Source: an uncultured Chloroflexia bacterium
GTDB taxonomy: Bacteria > Chloroflexota > Limnocylindria > Limnocylindrales > CSP1-4
NCBI GenBank assembly: GCA_963766655.1
Contig: CAVYBB010000002.1
Coordinates: 755,329 to 819,328, forward strand
DNA length: 64,000 bases
Reading direction: 5' to 3'
Below the pieces are notes generated by a model, which was not told the origin of the DNA, made no database searches, and saw only the letters and a program-made list of their open reading frames with translations. Below are positions 38,788 to 48,510 of this stretch, one piece after another. Every line of letters starts with the position of its first letter. The stretch's first letter is position 1. The position numbers and the translations under genes were made by a program.

Positions 38788-38896
38788 AGCCTTATCAAGA
38801 GTGGCGGAGGGACCGGCCCTGTGAAGCCCGACAACCTACCGGCGGCGACGCCGGCAAGGTGCCAAATCCGGGCAGGTCCTCCTGCGAGATAAGGGA
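38788..38896 (+). promoter_or_regulatory. SAM-I (S-box) riboswitch
   Basis: The sequence GCCTTATCAAGAGTGGCGGAGGGACCGGCCCTGTGAAGCCCGACAACC...GGTGCCAAATCCGGGCAGG...GCGAGATAAGGG matches the S-box core (CUUAUCAAGAG-GG-GGAGGGA-GGCCC-GAAGCCC-GCAACC ... GGUGCCAAAUCC-GCAG ... AGAUAAG), with P1 closing. Confidence 0.92.
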
Positions 38897-38900
38897 TTGA

Positions 38901-38935
38901 AGACCCTTCCTCTCCGGGAAGGGTCTCTTGGTCTC
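38901..38935 (+). terminator. Riboswitch expression-platform terminator hairpin
   Basis: AGACCCTTCC-tctccg-GGAAGGGTCT is a perfect 10-bp stem followed by CTTGGTCT. The 3' P1 strand AAGGG can alternatively pair with CCCTT of the terminator (an antiterminator). Confidence 0.7.
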
Positions 38936-38996
38936 GGCGTCACTCGCATCCATCCCGGCAGGCGTCCCGTGAGGCGCCCCGGACGGAGACCGACCG

Positions 38997-40325
38997 ATGA
39001 CGATCGAGACGCCGAATCGCCCGACGACGACGCTGCCGACCGCGGCGCCCGCGCAGCCCGCGGCGCCCGTCGCCGATGCCCCCGCAGCGCCCTCCCACGT
39101 CCTCGGCATGCGGTGTCGCGCCTGCGGCCGGCCCGAGGAGATCGGGCCGAACTACGTCTGTGCCGGCTGCTTCGGTCCGCTCGAGGTCGTCTACGACCCG
39201 GCGGTCGCCCGCCGAACGCTCACCCGCGAAACGATCGCGGCTCGTCCGCCCGGCATCTGGCGCTACCTCGAACTGCTGCCCGTTTCGACGGTTCCGGCGC
39301 GCGGGCTCGCCGTCGGGTCCACGGCGCTCGTCCCGGCCGACCGGCTCGGCTCACGGATCGGCGTCGACCGGCTCTGGCTCAAGGACGACACCCGCAACCC
39401 GACGCTCAGCTTCAAGGACCGGGTGGTCGCCGTTGCCGCGGCGCGCGCGGTGGAGTTCGGCTTCGACACTCTCGCCTGCGCCTCGACCGGCAACCTCGCC
39501 GGGGCGACGGCTGCGGCCGCAGCGGCGCTCGGGCTGCGAGCCTTCGTCTTCGTCCCGTCTGACCTGGAGCCGGCCAAGGTCGACCACGCCCTCGGCTACG
39601 GCGCGACGGTCGTCCGGGTCGATGGCACGTACGACGACATCAACAGGCTCAGCCTCGAGATCGCCGACGAGGAGGGCTGGGCCTTCGTCAACGTCAATCT
39701 CCGCCCCTTCTACTCCGAGGGAAGCAAGACGCTCGCGTTCGAGATCGCCGAACAGCTCGGCTGGCTCCTGCCGGACGTCGTCGTCGCCCCGATCGCCTCC
39801 GGTTCCCTCTACACGAAGGTCGCCAAGGGGTTCGACGAGCTCATCGCGATCGGCCTCGTCGAGCCGAAGGAGGTCCGGTTCGTCGGTGGCCAGCCGGCTG
39901 GCTGCTCGCCGGTCGCCACGGCGTTCGCGCGCGGAACGGATCGGATCGACCCGGTCCGCCAGCCGGACACGATCGTCCGGTCCCTCTCGATCGGCAGCCC
40001 CGCTGACGGACCCTACGCGCTGGAGCTGGCGCGGCGCACCGGGGGCTCGATCGAGTCGATCCCGGACGCGGATACCGCGGACGCGATCCGCCGGCTCGCT
40101 GCGACCGAGGGGATCTTCGTCGAGACCGCCGGCGGGGTGACCGTGGCCGCGGTCGAGGCGGCCCGGCGCCGGGGCGTCATCAGCGACGGCGATGAGGTCG
40201 TGGCGCTCCTGACCGGCAACGGCGTGAAGACGCCGGACGCGCGCCGGTTCGGCGAGGCCGAAACCAGCGTCCCACTGCCCATCCCGGCGACGTACGAGGC
40301 ATTCGCGGCTCGCTACGGCGACTGA
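38997..40325 (+). CDS. Threonine synthase-like PLP enzyme with N-terminal zinc-ribbon (ThrC family; possibly MetM-type)
   Basis: A GGAG RBS lies 8 nt upstream. The zinc-ribbon is CRACGRPEEIGPNYVCAGCFGPLEV. The PLP-lysine motif is NPTLSFKDRVV, and GNLAGATAAAAAALG is also present. Length is 442 aa. Confidence 0.85.
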   Translation: MTIETPNRPTTTLPTAAPAQPAAPVADAPAAPSHVLGMRCRACGRPEEIGPNYVCAGCFGPLEVVYDPAVARRTLTRETIAARPPGIWRYLELLPVSTVPARGLAVGSTALVPADRLGSRIGVDRLWLKDDTRNPTLSFKDRVVAVAAARAVEFGFDTLACASTGNLAGATAAAAAALGLRAFVFVPSDLEPAKVDHALGYGATVVRVDGTYDDINRLSLEIADEEGWAFVNVNLRPFYSEGSKTLAFEIAEQLGWLLPDVVVAPIASGSLYTKVAKGFDELIAIGLVEPKEVRFVGGQPAGCSPVATAFARGTDRIDPVRQPDTIVRSLSIGSPADGPYALELARRTGGSIESIPDADTADAIRRLAATEGIFVETAGGVTVAAVEAARRRGVISDGDEVVALLTGNGVKTPDARRFGEAETSVPLPIPATYEAFAARYGD

Positions 40326-40341
40326 GCAGGGCCCGCGACGC

Positions 40342-41649
40342 TCAGGCGGCGACGAACGCCCCGCGGCTGGCGGGCACCAGCGCCCGCCACATCTCGACGG
40401 CCCACTGCCAGTCGGTCGAATCCTCGAAAGCGATCCGGATCACGGCGCCCCGGCCGCGGATGGCCGAGAACCCCTCGAGCACGCCGACCTCGACGCCGGA
40501 CGTTGCGTCGGACAGGAGGCGCGCCCGCCCGACGACCTCGCCGGCCCGATGGGACAGTGCATCCGTCCCGAGATCTGGCGCGACCTGGTGGAGGAACTCC
40601 TCGGCGGTCATCGGGCCCGCGGCGGAGCCGGTCTCGGTCGCGGCGAGCGTGATCGACCGGCCGGACTCCCCGCCCCACCACTCATCGTCGGTGCGGCGCT
40701 CGGCGAAGGAGCCCGGAATGTCGAGCTGCCAGCCTTCGTGGATGACGCGGATCGGGTCGCGGCGGTAGCCGATGAGCGGCCTGTCGGGCGCCCTGGCCGC
40801 GCGGGCGTCGACCTGGCGGGTCATCGCGTCGGTGATACCCCGCATGTCGGCGAGTTCCTTCCACTCGCGCCACGGGTAGTCGAGTGACGGGTCGAGCGGG
40901 AAGGCTCTCGCCAGGAGGCGGATGACTTCGTCGTGGACGAGCCTCTCGCGGTCGTCGTTCGGCTTGCGCCAGCGGACGTCGGTCCACATGAGGCAGAGGG
41001 CGCGGTTGAGGAGGCATCGGCCGTCGGTCGCATCGGCCCACCACGGCGTGATCTCCGCGGCGAGCCGCGAATCGACGAGGGCGGCATCGAGCCAGGCGTC
41101 GTCGCGCGGTCCGAGGTTCGTCGCGATCGCCCCCTCGAAGGTGAAGCACACGTTCGCCGGTGTCCCGAGATGGATCTGGTCGAGCCCGTGTCGCCGTGCC
41201 TCGCGTGCCCCGATGAGCGCCCCGCCGAGCCAGGTCAGGTACGCCTGCTCGGCGCGTGTCCGGTCACCGGCCGCGGCGACGGCCGACGCTTCATGCCCGT
41301 CGGTGCCGGTCGCGGCCCAGGCGATCTCGTGCTCGAGACCCATCCGCTGGACGAGGCGGCTGATGAACGTCTGGTAGCCGGGGCCGACGGGGGCCAGCCG
41401 GGCGGAGACGGCGACGTCGCCGCCATCGGACGCCACGAACGAGAACTCGTCGGCCGCCGGGTGAAGCCCGACGAGCAGCTCGCGGTCGCCGGACGCCGAG
41501 GTCCGCGTCCGGGTCGAGCGGACGAGGTCCGGGTACTGGAGTCGCAGCCAGGCCTCGACTCCGAGGATCAGCCGGTCGGCCGGCGGCTGTCGTGGGATGA
41601 GGCCGCGCTTCGATGCGCGGCCGGTGACGGTCAACGTCAGCGGTGGCAT
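40342..41649 (-). CDS. Hypothetical protein, 435 aa, no recognisable domain
   Basis: Long ORF with protein-like (not Arg/Pro-skewed) composition and Trp-rich segments (ITPWWADATDGRCLLNRALCLMWTDVRWRK; DEWWGGESGRSITLAA). It converges on the thrC-like gene. Confidence 0.55.
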   Translation of the reverse strand: MPPLTLTVTGRASKRGLIPRQPPADRLILGVEAWLRLQYPDLVRSTRTRTSASGDRELLVGLHPAADEFSFVASDGGDVAVSARLAPVGPGYQTFISRLVQRMGLEHEIAWAATGTDGHEASAVAAAGDRTRAEQAYLTWLGGALIGAREARRHGLDQIHLGTPANVCFTFEGAIATNLGPRDDAWLDAALVDSRLAAEITPWWADATDGRCLLNRALCLMWTDVRWRKPNDDRERLVHDEVIRLLARAFPLDPSLDYPWREWKELADMRGITDAMTRQVDARAARAPDRPLIGYRRDPIRVIHEGWQLDIPGSFAERRTDDEWWGGESGRSITLAATETGSAAGPMTAEEFLHQVAPDLGTDALSHRAGEVVGRARLLSDATSGVEVGVLEGFSAIRGRGAVIRIAFEDSTDWQWAVEMWRALVPASRGAFVAA

Positions 41650-41928
41650 GGCCCCTCTCGGAGATCAGGTCTCCGACGATAGCGGTGCGTGCGTCCGCCG
41701 GGGACCGGTGATTCGTACCGGTGACACCGGCCAACAGTCCAGTCCGCCGCCCGCGCCGCCGTCCATGAGGGCTGGTCGGGTGGACTGCGGTGAGTTGCGG
41801 TGGAGAGGGTGGTACCCCCGGCCCCGACCCTCGGGACCATCGCGCCGCGGACCCCCGGCCGGCCGCGATCTACGGTCAAGGACGACACCGGACTGCCCCG
41901 CCCCGATCCGCACGAGACCACCCATTCG

Positions 41929-42840
41929 ATGACCTTCGCTCACGCCGCACTGCCGATCCGCGCGACACGAGAGCGTCGCCTGCCCGCCGACGGCCCCCGC
42001 CGTTTCGCGGCGATGGTGGCCCTGGCGTTCGCGGTCACGACGGTCGGCCTCCTCCTGGCGCCCCGCGAGGCAAACGCGTGGAGCAGCGGCGAGTACAGCT
42101 CGACGTCGGAGCGCGCGCTCGTCACCCTGACGAACCAGTCGCGCGCAGCCGCCGGTCTCAAGGCCCTGAAGGTCGACTCGACGCTCACGGTGGTCGCCCG
42201 CTCGCGGAGCAAGGACATGATCGTCCGCAACTACTTCAGCCACAACATCCCGCCGAGCGGCAAGATGGTCTTCTCGATCCTCGACTCGAAGCACTACTGC
42301 TACGCGGTCGCCGGCGAGAACATCGGCTGGAACGACTACCCGGACGACTCCGCCACGAAGACGATCCACCAGATGTTCATGAAGTCGGCCGACCACCGCG
42401 CCAACATCCTCGGCAAGCGCTGGGACGTCATCGGCGTCGGTGCGTACAAGGGCTCGAACGGCAAGAAGATGTGGACCGTCCTGTTCGCCGACAAGTGCGG
42501 CTCGTCCGGCGGAACCGCGCCCAAGCCGAAGCCCAAGCCGACGTCCAACCCGGTCACGAAGCCGAAGCCGACCGCGAAGCCGACAGCCAGGCCGACGGCC
42601 AGGCCGACGGCCGTCCCGACCCCCATCGCGACGCCGTCCGCCGAGCCGACCGATCCGTTCGGGCTGGGCCTCGGGCCCCGCGCCACGGCGAGCGACAGCG
42701 CCGACCCGGGCGACGGGCCGCCCGACGGGACGACCGCCACTGACACCGTGGGGAGCCTCCGGGTCACCGATCCCCCGACACCGCCGGGTCTGCTCGAGTC
42801 GATCGTCGGCGACGTCACCGGGTTCTTCTTCGGCGGCTGA
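41929..42840 (+). CDS. Secreted CAP/SCP (PR-1-like) domain protein with Lys/Pro/Thr-rich C-terminal region
   Basis: Start is MTFAHAAL with TM/signal [25 protein letters not shown] blocks are [49 protein letters not shown]. Then follows [35 protein letters not shown]. Confidence 0.8.
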   Translation: MTFAHAALPIRATRERRLPADGPRRFAAMVALAFAVTTVGLLLAPREANAWSSGEYSSTSERALVTLTNQSRAAAGLKALKVDSTLTVVARSRSKDMIVRNYFSHNIPPSGKMVFSILDSKHYCYAVAGENIGWNDYPDDSATKTIHQMFMKSADHRANILGKRWDVIGVGAYKGSNGKKMWTVLFADKCGSSGGTAPKPKPKPTSNPVTKPKPTAKPTARPTARPTAVPTPIATPSAEPTDPFGLGLGPRATASDSADPGDGPPDGTTATDTVGSLRVTDPPTPPGLLESIVGDVTGFFFGG

Positions 42841-42922
42841 CCCCGCGGGCGGGCCCTGCGACGCGACGCCGCGGCCACCCGACCTCGATCCGCCGGCCCG
42901 CGGCACGGCTACACTGCCGGGG

Positions 42923-43675
42923 ATGCCCCCGATCCTCGAGGCGCGCAACCTCACCAAGCGATACCGCCTCGGCGCGATGACGGTCGACGCGCTGCGCGGC
43001 GTGTCCCTGGAGGTGGCCGAGGGTGAGTTCGTCGCCCTGATGGGGCCGTCGGGCTCCGGCAAGAGCACGCTTCTCCAGCTCCTCGGCGGCCTCGACCGGC
43101 CGACCGCGGGCGAGGTGACGCTCGAAGGCAAGTCGATCAGCACGATGTCGGACGACGACGCGACCCGCCTCCGTCGCGACCGCACCGGCTTCGTCTTCCA
43201 GTCGTTCAACCTCATCCCGCTCCTCGACGTGACCGAGAACGTCGCCCTGCCGTTCACGATCGCCGGCCAGGAGTCGAGGAACGGCGAGCTCGTCGAGCGG
43301 ATTCGCGACGTCATCGCCCTCGTCGATCTCGCCGGCAAGGAGCACCACAAGCCCGATGAGCTGTCGGCCGGCGAGCAGCAACGAGTCGCGGTCGCCCGCG
43401 CCCTCGTTACGCGTCCTGCCCTGCTTTTCGCCGACGAGCCGACCGGCAACCTCGACTACACGACCGGCACGGAGATCCTCGACGCCCTCTGGCGGTCGTG
43501 CGTCGAGCGGCACCAGACAGTCGTCCTCGTCACCCACGACTCGAAGGCCGCGGCCTATGCCGATCGGGTCCTCGTCATCTCGGACGGGAAGATCCGCGAC
43601 GAGATCAAGCTCGGGCGACGCGAGGTCCACGACGCGACGCCGCTGATCACCCGCCTCGCCGAGCTGGGGCTGTAA
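42923..43675 (+). CDS. ABC transporter ATP-binding protein (MacB/LolD/FtsE type)
   Basis: Contains [34 protein letters not shown] and [11 protein letters not shown]. Confidence 0.9.
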   Translation: MPPILEARNLTKRYRLGAMTVDALRGVSLEVAEGEFVALMGPSGSGKSTLLQLLGGLDRPTAGEVTLEGKSISTMSDDDATRLRRDRTGFVFQSFNLIPLLDVTENVALPFTIAGQESRNGELVERIRDVIALVDLAGKEHHKPDELSAGEQQRVAVARALVTRPALLFADEPTGNLDYTTGTEILDALWRSCVERHQTVVLVTHDSKAAAYADRVLVISDGKIRDEIKLGRREVHDATPLITRLAELGL

Positions 43676-43692
43676 CGGTGGGGCTGTAGCGG

Positions 43693-46226
43693 GTGGGCGG
43701 CCTGACGTCGCTCGCCTGGAGGAGCCTCGCGGCCCGCCGCGGCCGAACCGCGCTGTCGGTCATCGGGATCGCGCTCGGCGTCGGCGTCCTCTTCGCGTCG
43801 CTCGCGACCGACGCCGGGATCGACGCGTCGATCGACCGCACGGTTCGCGATCTCGTCGGCCGGGCGGACCTGCGGGTCGCCGCGTTCGGTGACCCGGGCC
43901 TGTCCGAGGAGAGCGTCACCGCGATCGGCCAGGCACCGGGCGTCGTCGTCGCGGCTCCCGTGCTCGAGCGGCGGACCTATCTCGTCGCGGACGTCGACGA
44001 CCCCAACGTGCTGCCCGATCCGGTCACGATCCTCGGCGTCGACCCGGTGCTCGAGGCACGGGTCCGCGAGCTGCCGCTGGTCGCCGGCGCCGGACTTCCG
44101 GGGCCGGACGCGTTCGCGGTCCTCGTGACCCAGCGGCTCGCCGCCGAAGACGCGCTGACGCTCGGCTGCGACGTGGAATTCCAGGCCGGCGCCGGGGGCC
44201 CGGTCTCGCTCGAGGTCGTCGGCATCGTGGAGGGCGACGGACCGTTCGTCGGGTCGAGCGGCCGGACGGTCATCGTCCCGCTGCGCACCGCCCAGCGGCT
44301 GCTCGGCGAGGACGGCGTCAGCCGGGTCGATATCGTCGTCGGCGAAGGCGCGACGCCACTCGAGGTGACGCAGGCCCTCGAGGTCGCCCTCACATCCGAG
44401 CCGTACGTGCTCTCGTCACCGGCCGAACTCGCCGCATCGCTGCGCGTCTCGACGGCCGACTTCCGCTCGACGACGGCGCTCATCGCGGCGGTCGCCCTCT
44501 TCGTCGGGGCGTTCCTCATCTTCAACACGCTGTCGATGACCGTCACCGAGCGGATCCGCGAGCTCGGGCTGCTGCGGGCGGCCGGGGCGACGAGCCGGCA
44601 GGTCGGTGGCTTCGTGATGGTCCAGGCGGTCGTCCTCGGGATCGGCGGGTCGATCGTCGGGCTCGGGGTCGGCGTCGTCCTGGCCGAGCTGATGGGGCTC
44701 TACGTCCGGTCGATCGCCTCGATCCCGTTCGAGCGGGCCGGGCTCCAGGTCACGTCGGCGCTCCTGGCGATCGCGATCGGGCTCTTCATCACGCTGGCCG
44801 CGTCCGTCGAGCCCGCGCGCCGGGCCGGATCGATTTCGCCGGTCGAGGCGCTCAAGGCCCGGCTCGATCCGACGACCGCCCAGCGGGCGAGGCTCCGCTG
44901 GCTGATCGGCGTCTTCGTCGCGGTCTTCGTCACCGGCCTCCTCGTCTGGCCGCGGGAGGCGGGGGTCGGCGGGCTGCTCCGGGCCGCCGCCGTCTATGGG
45001 CTCCTGCTCGCCGTGGTCCTCGCCTCGCCGTTCCTGCTCGGGGCGCTGGCACGGCTCGCCGGCCTGCCGTTCGCCGGCGTGTTCCGGCTCGAGGAGCGGC
45101 TCGCCCGGGCGGCCCTCGCCCGCGACCGGAGCCGGACGGCGCTCACCGTCGGGCGCGTTGACGGCCGGCCTCGCGATGATCGTCGCGATCGGCGGGGTGG
45201 CCGTCCAGGCGCGGTCCGCGGCCGGCGCATGGCTGGCGGAGGTCGTCCCCGGCGACGAGCTCCTGACGTCGATCCGGCCGATCGACCTCGTCGAGGAGTC
45301 CGACACGGTCGACCAGCTGGCCGCCGTCGACGGCGTCGGCCTGGTGAGCCCGATCGCGACCTTCGAAGTCGCGAACGAGGGCGTTCGCACCGATGCCGCG
45401 GCCGTCGTCGGCAAGGACCTGCTCGACGACGGCCGGCTTCGAATTCGCTTTCGGCGACCGCGGCGCGGCGCTGAGGGGGCTCGACGCGGGCGGCACGACG
45501 ATCCTGCCGCGGGCGCTCGCCGAACGCCTGCGCCTCGGGGTCGGCAGCATCTTCTCCATCTCGCTGGGCGGGGGCCGGGCGCTCGACCTCCGCGTCGCCG
45601 CGATCGCCGAGCGAACGCTTCCCGGGCGGGCCGGCGAAGCGGCGCTGGTCGGCTGGAAGGACGCGACCGGAGCGCTCGGCGTCGCCGGCGCCGATGCGTT
45701 CGCGATTCGGTACCTGGCGGGTCGCGAGGCGGATGCGCGGCCGGTCCTCGAGACGACGGCGCGCGGCCTCGCCCTCGAACCCAACCCGCTGGACCGCGTG
45801 GCTGGCGCCGTCGACGCCGCGCTCGGGCGGGTCTTCAGCCTGTTCGATGCGCTGGCGATCGTCGCGGTCATCGTCGCGGCCCTCGGCATCATCAACACCC
45901 TGACGATGAACGTGCTGGAGCGCGTCCGCGAGATCGGGGTCCTGCGAGCGGCCGGGATGACGACCCGCCAGGTGCGGCGGACCGTCGTGATCGAGGCGGG
46001 CATCCTGGGCGTCGCGGGGTCGATCCTGGGGATCCTCACCGGGATCGTCGCCGGGGCCGTGATGGTCGCGATCGCCGGTGGCGGGGCGGGCCTCGGCTTC
46101 GGGCTCCCGTGGGGCTCGATCGCCCTTGCGGCGGCCCTGGGGATCGGCCTGTCGATGGTTGCCGCCTGGTACCCGGCGCGGCTCGCGAGCAGGCTCGCGA
46201 TCGTGAGGGCCGTCCAGCACGAGTAA
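43693..46226 (+). pseudogene. ABC transporter permease with two FtsX domains (MacB-like), two frame changes
   Basis: The first FtsX domain is ...IAAVALFVGAFLIFNTLSMTVTERIRELGLLRAAGATSRQV... Frame 1 ends ...RSRTALTVG. It continues ALTAGLAMIVAIGGVAVQARS...AAVVGKDLLDDGR after a shift near 45150. It then continues FEFAFGDRGAALRGLD...INTLTMNVLERVREIGVLRAAGMTTRQV...RAVQHE after a shift near 45440. Confidence 0.8.
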
Positions 46227-46298
46227 GAGGGGGTGGTAGACTCGCGCCGTCGCGAGGCTCCAACGGCCGCCGGCGAAGGGGAGGGAACCGCAAATCGA

Positions 46299-46943
46299 AT
46301 GACGATCGCGATGCCGCGGATGACCCGCCTTCCGATCGACCAGCGCGGGATCACGCTCGCGGACTTCCTCGTCCCGATCCGGGTCGGGGAGCGCCTCGGC
46401 GTCAAGGTCCGCAACATCGCCCTGATCGTCGTTGGCGCCCTCCTGATCTACCTCACCGCCCGCATCGCCTTTCCCGTTCCCGGCTCTCCGGTCCCCGTCA
46501 CGGGGCAGACGTTCGGCGTTCTGCTCGCCGGTGGAGCGCTCGGCTTCCGCCGCGGCGTGTCGAGCGTCGCCCTCTATGTGCTCATCGGGCTCGTCGGCCT
46601 GCCGCTGTTCGCCGAGAACAAGGGTGGCTTCGGCGTGATCTTCGGCGCCTCCGGTGGGTACCTGATCGGCTTCGTCATCGCCGGTGCGATCGTCGGACGG
46701 CTCGCGGAGCTCGGCTGGGACCGGCGGATCCTCGGCGCGGTCGTGGCGATGCTGATCGGCAACGTCCTGATCTACCTCGTCGGCGTGCCGTGGCTGATCG
46801 TCGTCGCCAAGCTCGACCTGGCGGCCGGTATCGCCCAGGGCGTCACGCCGTTCCTCCTCGGCGACGCGATCAAGCTGGCCCTTGCGGCCGCCGCCTTCCC
46901 GGTTGCGTGGTGGGCCGTCGGGCGGCGGCCCGGCGAACGCTGA
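46299..46943 (+). CDS. bioY: Biotin transporter BioY (ECF S component)
   Basis: An RBS GAAGGGGAGGG lies upstream of ATG 46299. Contains PVPVTGQTFGVLLAGGALG, GGYLIGFVIAG and TPFLLGDAIK. Confidence 0.85.
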   Translation: MTIAMPRMTRLPIDQRGITLADFLVPIRVGERLGVKVRNIALIVVGALLIYLTARIAFPVPGSPVPVTGQTFGVLLAGGALGFRRGVSSVALYVLIGLVGLPLFAENKGGFGVIFGASGGYLIGFVIAGAIVGRLAELGWDRRILGAVVAMLIGNVLIYLVGVPWLIVVAKLDLAAGIAQGVTPFLLGDAIKLALAAAAFPVAWWAVGRRPGER

Positions 46944-46975
46944 GCGCCCGCGATCCGCGGCGGCTCGGAGACGAT

Positions 46976-47557
46976 CTAGCGAGTATCGGCAAGGGCGGCG
47001 TGCAGGCTCCGATACGACTCCCGCAGGAGACGCGCGACATCCGGCCAGTAGGCGGCGCCGCGGCCCTTTGGCCCATCGGGATCTTCGGCGGCGCCGCGGT
47101 CCCTGATCTCCGCGGCGAGTCCGCGGAGGCGGCCGGCCTCCTGGACGCGGTCGGATGGGATCGCGTACAGGGCCGCGTACGTGGCGGTGATGGCGTCGCC
47201 GGCGGCGGCGCCGGCGGCAAGGCCGATCTCCCGGCGGACCACCCACCAGCGCAGCTCGTTGCGGGCGACCGCCTCGAGATCGACGTGCCGGGGCAGGCCC
47301 AGGATCCGGTAGCCGCGGGCGATCGTCGGGCCGAATCGTTCATAGTCGCCCGATGATCGGGCGAATCCGACCGCGGCCTTCGTCAGGAGCAGGCTCGCCG
47401 CGAGGGCACGGGGCCATGAGGCGTGGGCCTGCTCGCGGAGCCCCTTCACGAGCAGGCCGAACAGTCGCGCCGGCTGGCGTCGGTAGTAGGCCTTCCACAT
47501 CCCCGTCTCGAGCGCCGCGAGGCGATCGGGGTCGAAATCGGAGCCCCAGCGTCCCAT
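46976..47557 (-). CDS. Hypothetical protein (193 aa)
   Basis: Start is MGRWGSDFDPDRLAALETGMWKAYYRR. Composition is protein-like. It is divergent from the DUF2236 gene with a 31-bp spacer. No family was recognised. Confidence 0.45.
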   Translation of the reverse strand: MGRWGSDFDPDRLAALETGMWKAYYRRQPARLFGLLVKGLREQAHASWPRALAASLLLTKAAVGFARSSGDYERFGPTIARGYRILGLPRHVDLEAVARNELRWWVVRREIGLAAGAAAGDAITATYAALYAIPSDRVQEAGRLRGLAAEIRDRGAAEDPDGPKGRGAAYWPDVARLLRESYRSLHAALADTR

Positions 47558-47588
47558 GGTTGTCCCTTCGCAGCTGGCGGTCGATCGG

Positions 47589-48434
47589 ATGACTTCACCC
47601 GACATCACGGGACTCTACGGCCCCGACAGCGAGGCGTGGCGGCTGAATCGCGAGGCGATGCTGCTCCTCGGCGCGGGGCCGCGGGCGCTGCTTCTCCAGC
47701 TCGCGCATCCGTTGGTGGCCGCCGGCGTCGAGGAGCACAGCGACTTCCGGGCCGATCCGTGGCGCCGGCTCCAGGGCACGCTGCGGAGCTACCTGACGAT
47801 CGTCTACGGGACGACGACCGCGGCACGGGCGGAGATCCGTCGCCTGAACGGCCTCCACCGATCGATCGCCGGCCCGGGGTACACCGCCACGCGGACCCGG
47901 ACCTGTCGCTGTGGGTCCACGCGACGCTGGTCGACACAACGATCGCGGCCTACGACGCCTGGATCGCGCCGCTGCCGCGCGATCGCCGGGCGCGCTACTA
48001 CGCGGAGACGCTGCCGATCGGCCGGGCGTTCGGGGTGACCGCGGATCGTCTCCCGGCCGATCTCGAGGCGTTCGAGGCGTACGTCGCCTCGATGCTGGCG
48101 CCGGGCGGGCCCGTCCACGTGTCGCCGGTCGCGCGCTCACTCGCGGACGCGGTGCTCCACCCGCCGCTGGGGCCCGTTGTGCCGGCGCTCGGCTGGCGTG
48201 CCTCCCGTGGCATACGCGTGGACGCTCTGGCCGTCGATCGGCCTGCTGCCGGCGTCCGTCCGCGCCGAGTACGGTCTCCGCTGGGGCCCGCTGGAGCGGA
48301 CCGTGTCAGGTTGGCTCGTCGCCGCGTGGCGCGCCTGGCGGCCGGTCCTGCCGGCCTCGTTCCGCCAGATGCCGCGCGCGATCGCCGCAGATCGCCGGCT
48401 CGCCGCAGGCGCGCCCGTATCGCCCCCGACGTAG
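47589..48434 (+). pseudogene. MpaB/DUF2236-family oxygenase-like protein, two frame changes
   Basis: Begins MTSPDITGLYGPDSEAWRLNREAMLLLGAGPRALLLQLAHPLVAAGVEEHSDFRADPWRRLQGT. It continues DPDLSLWVHATLVDTTIAAYD after a shift near 47895. It returns to the first frame near 48195 (PPVAYAWTLWPSIGLLPASVRAEYGLRWGP...). Confidence 0.6.
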
Positions 48435-48510
48435 CTCCAGATCATCCGATCCCGAACGCCGCGCCGAAGCACCTCTCTTCCGCACCAGACGCGGCCGCGG
48501 GCCGAGCCCC

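Noticed and set aside
41665-47246. 594-aa and 750-aa minus-strand ORFs (41665..43449, 44994..47246) and the 786-aa plus ORF 44996..47356
   Set aside because: They overlap the CAP, ABC ATPase, FtsX and BioY genes, which carry strong motifs. Only a short internal part of 44996..47356 is real, as the middle segment of the frameshifted FtsX gene.
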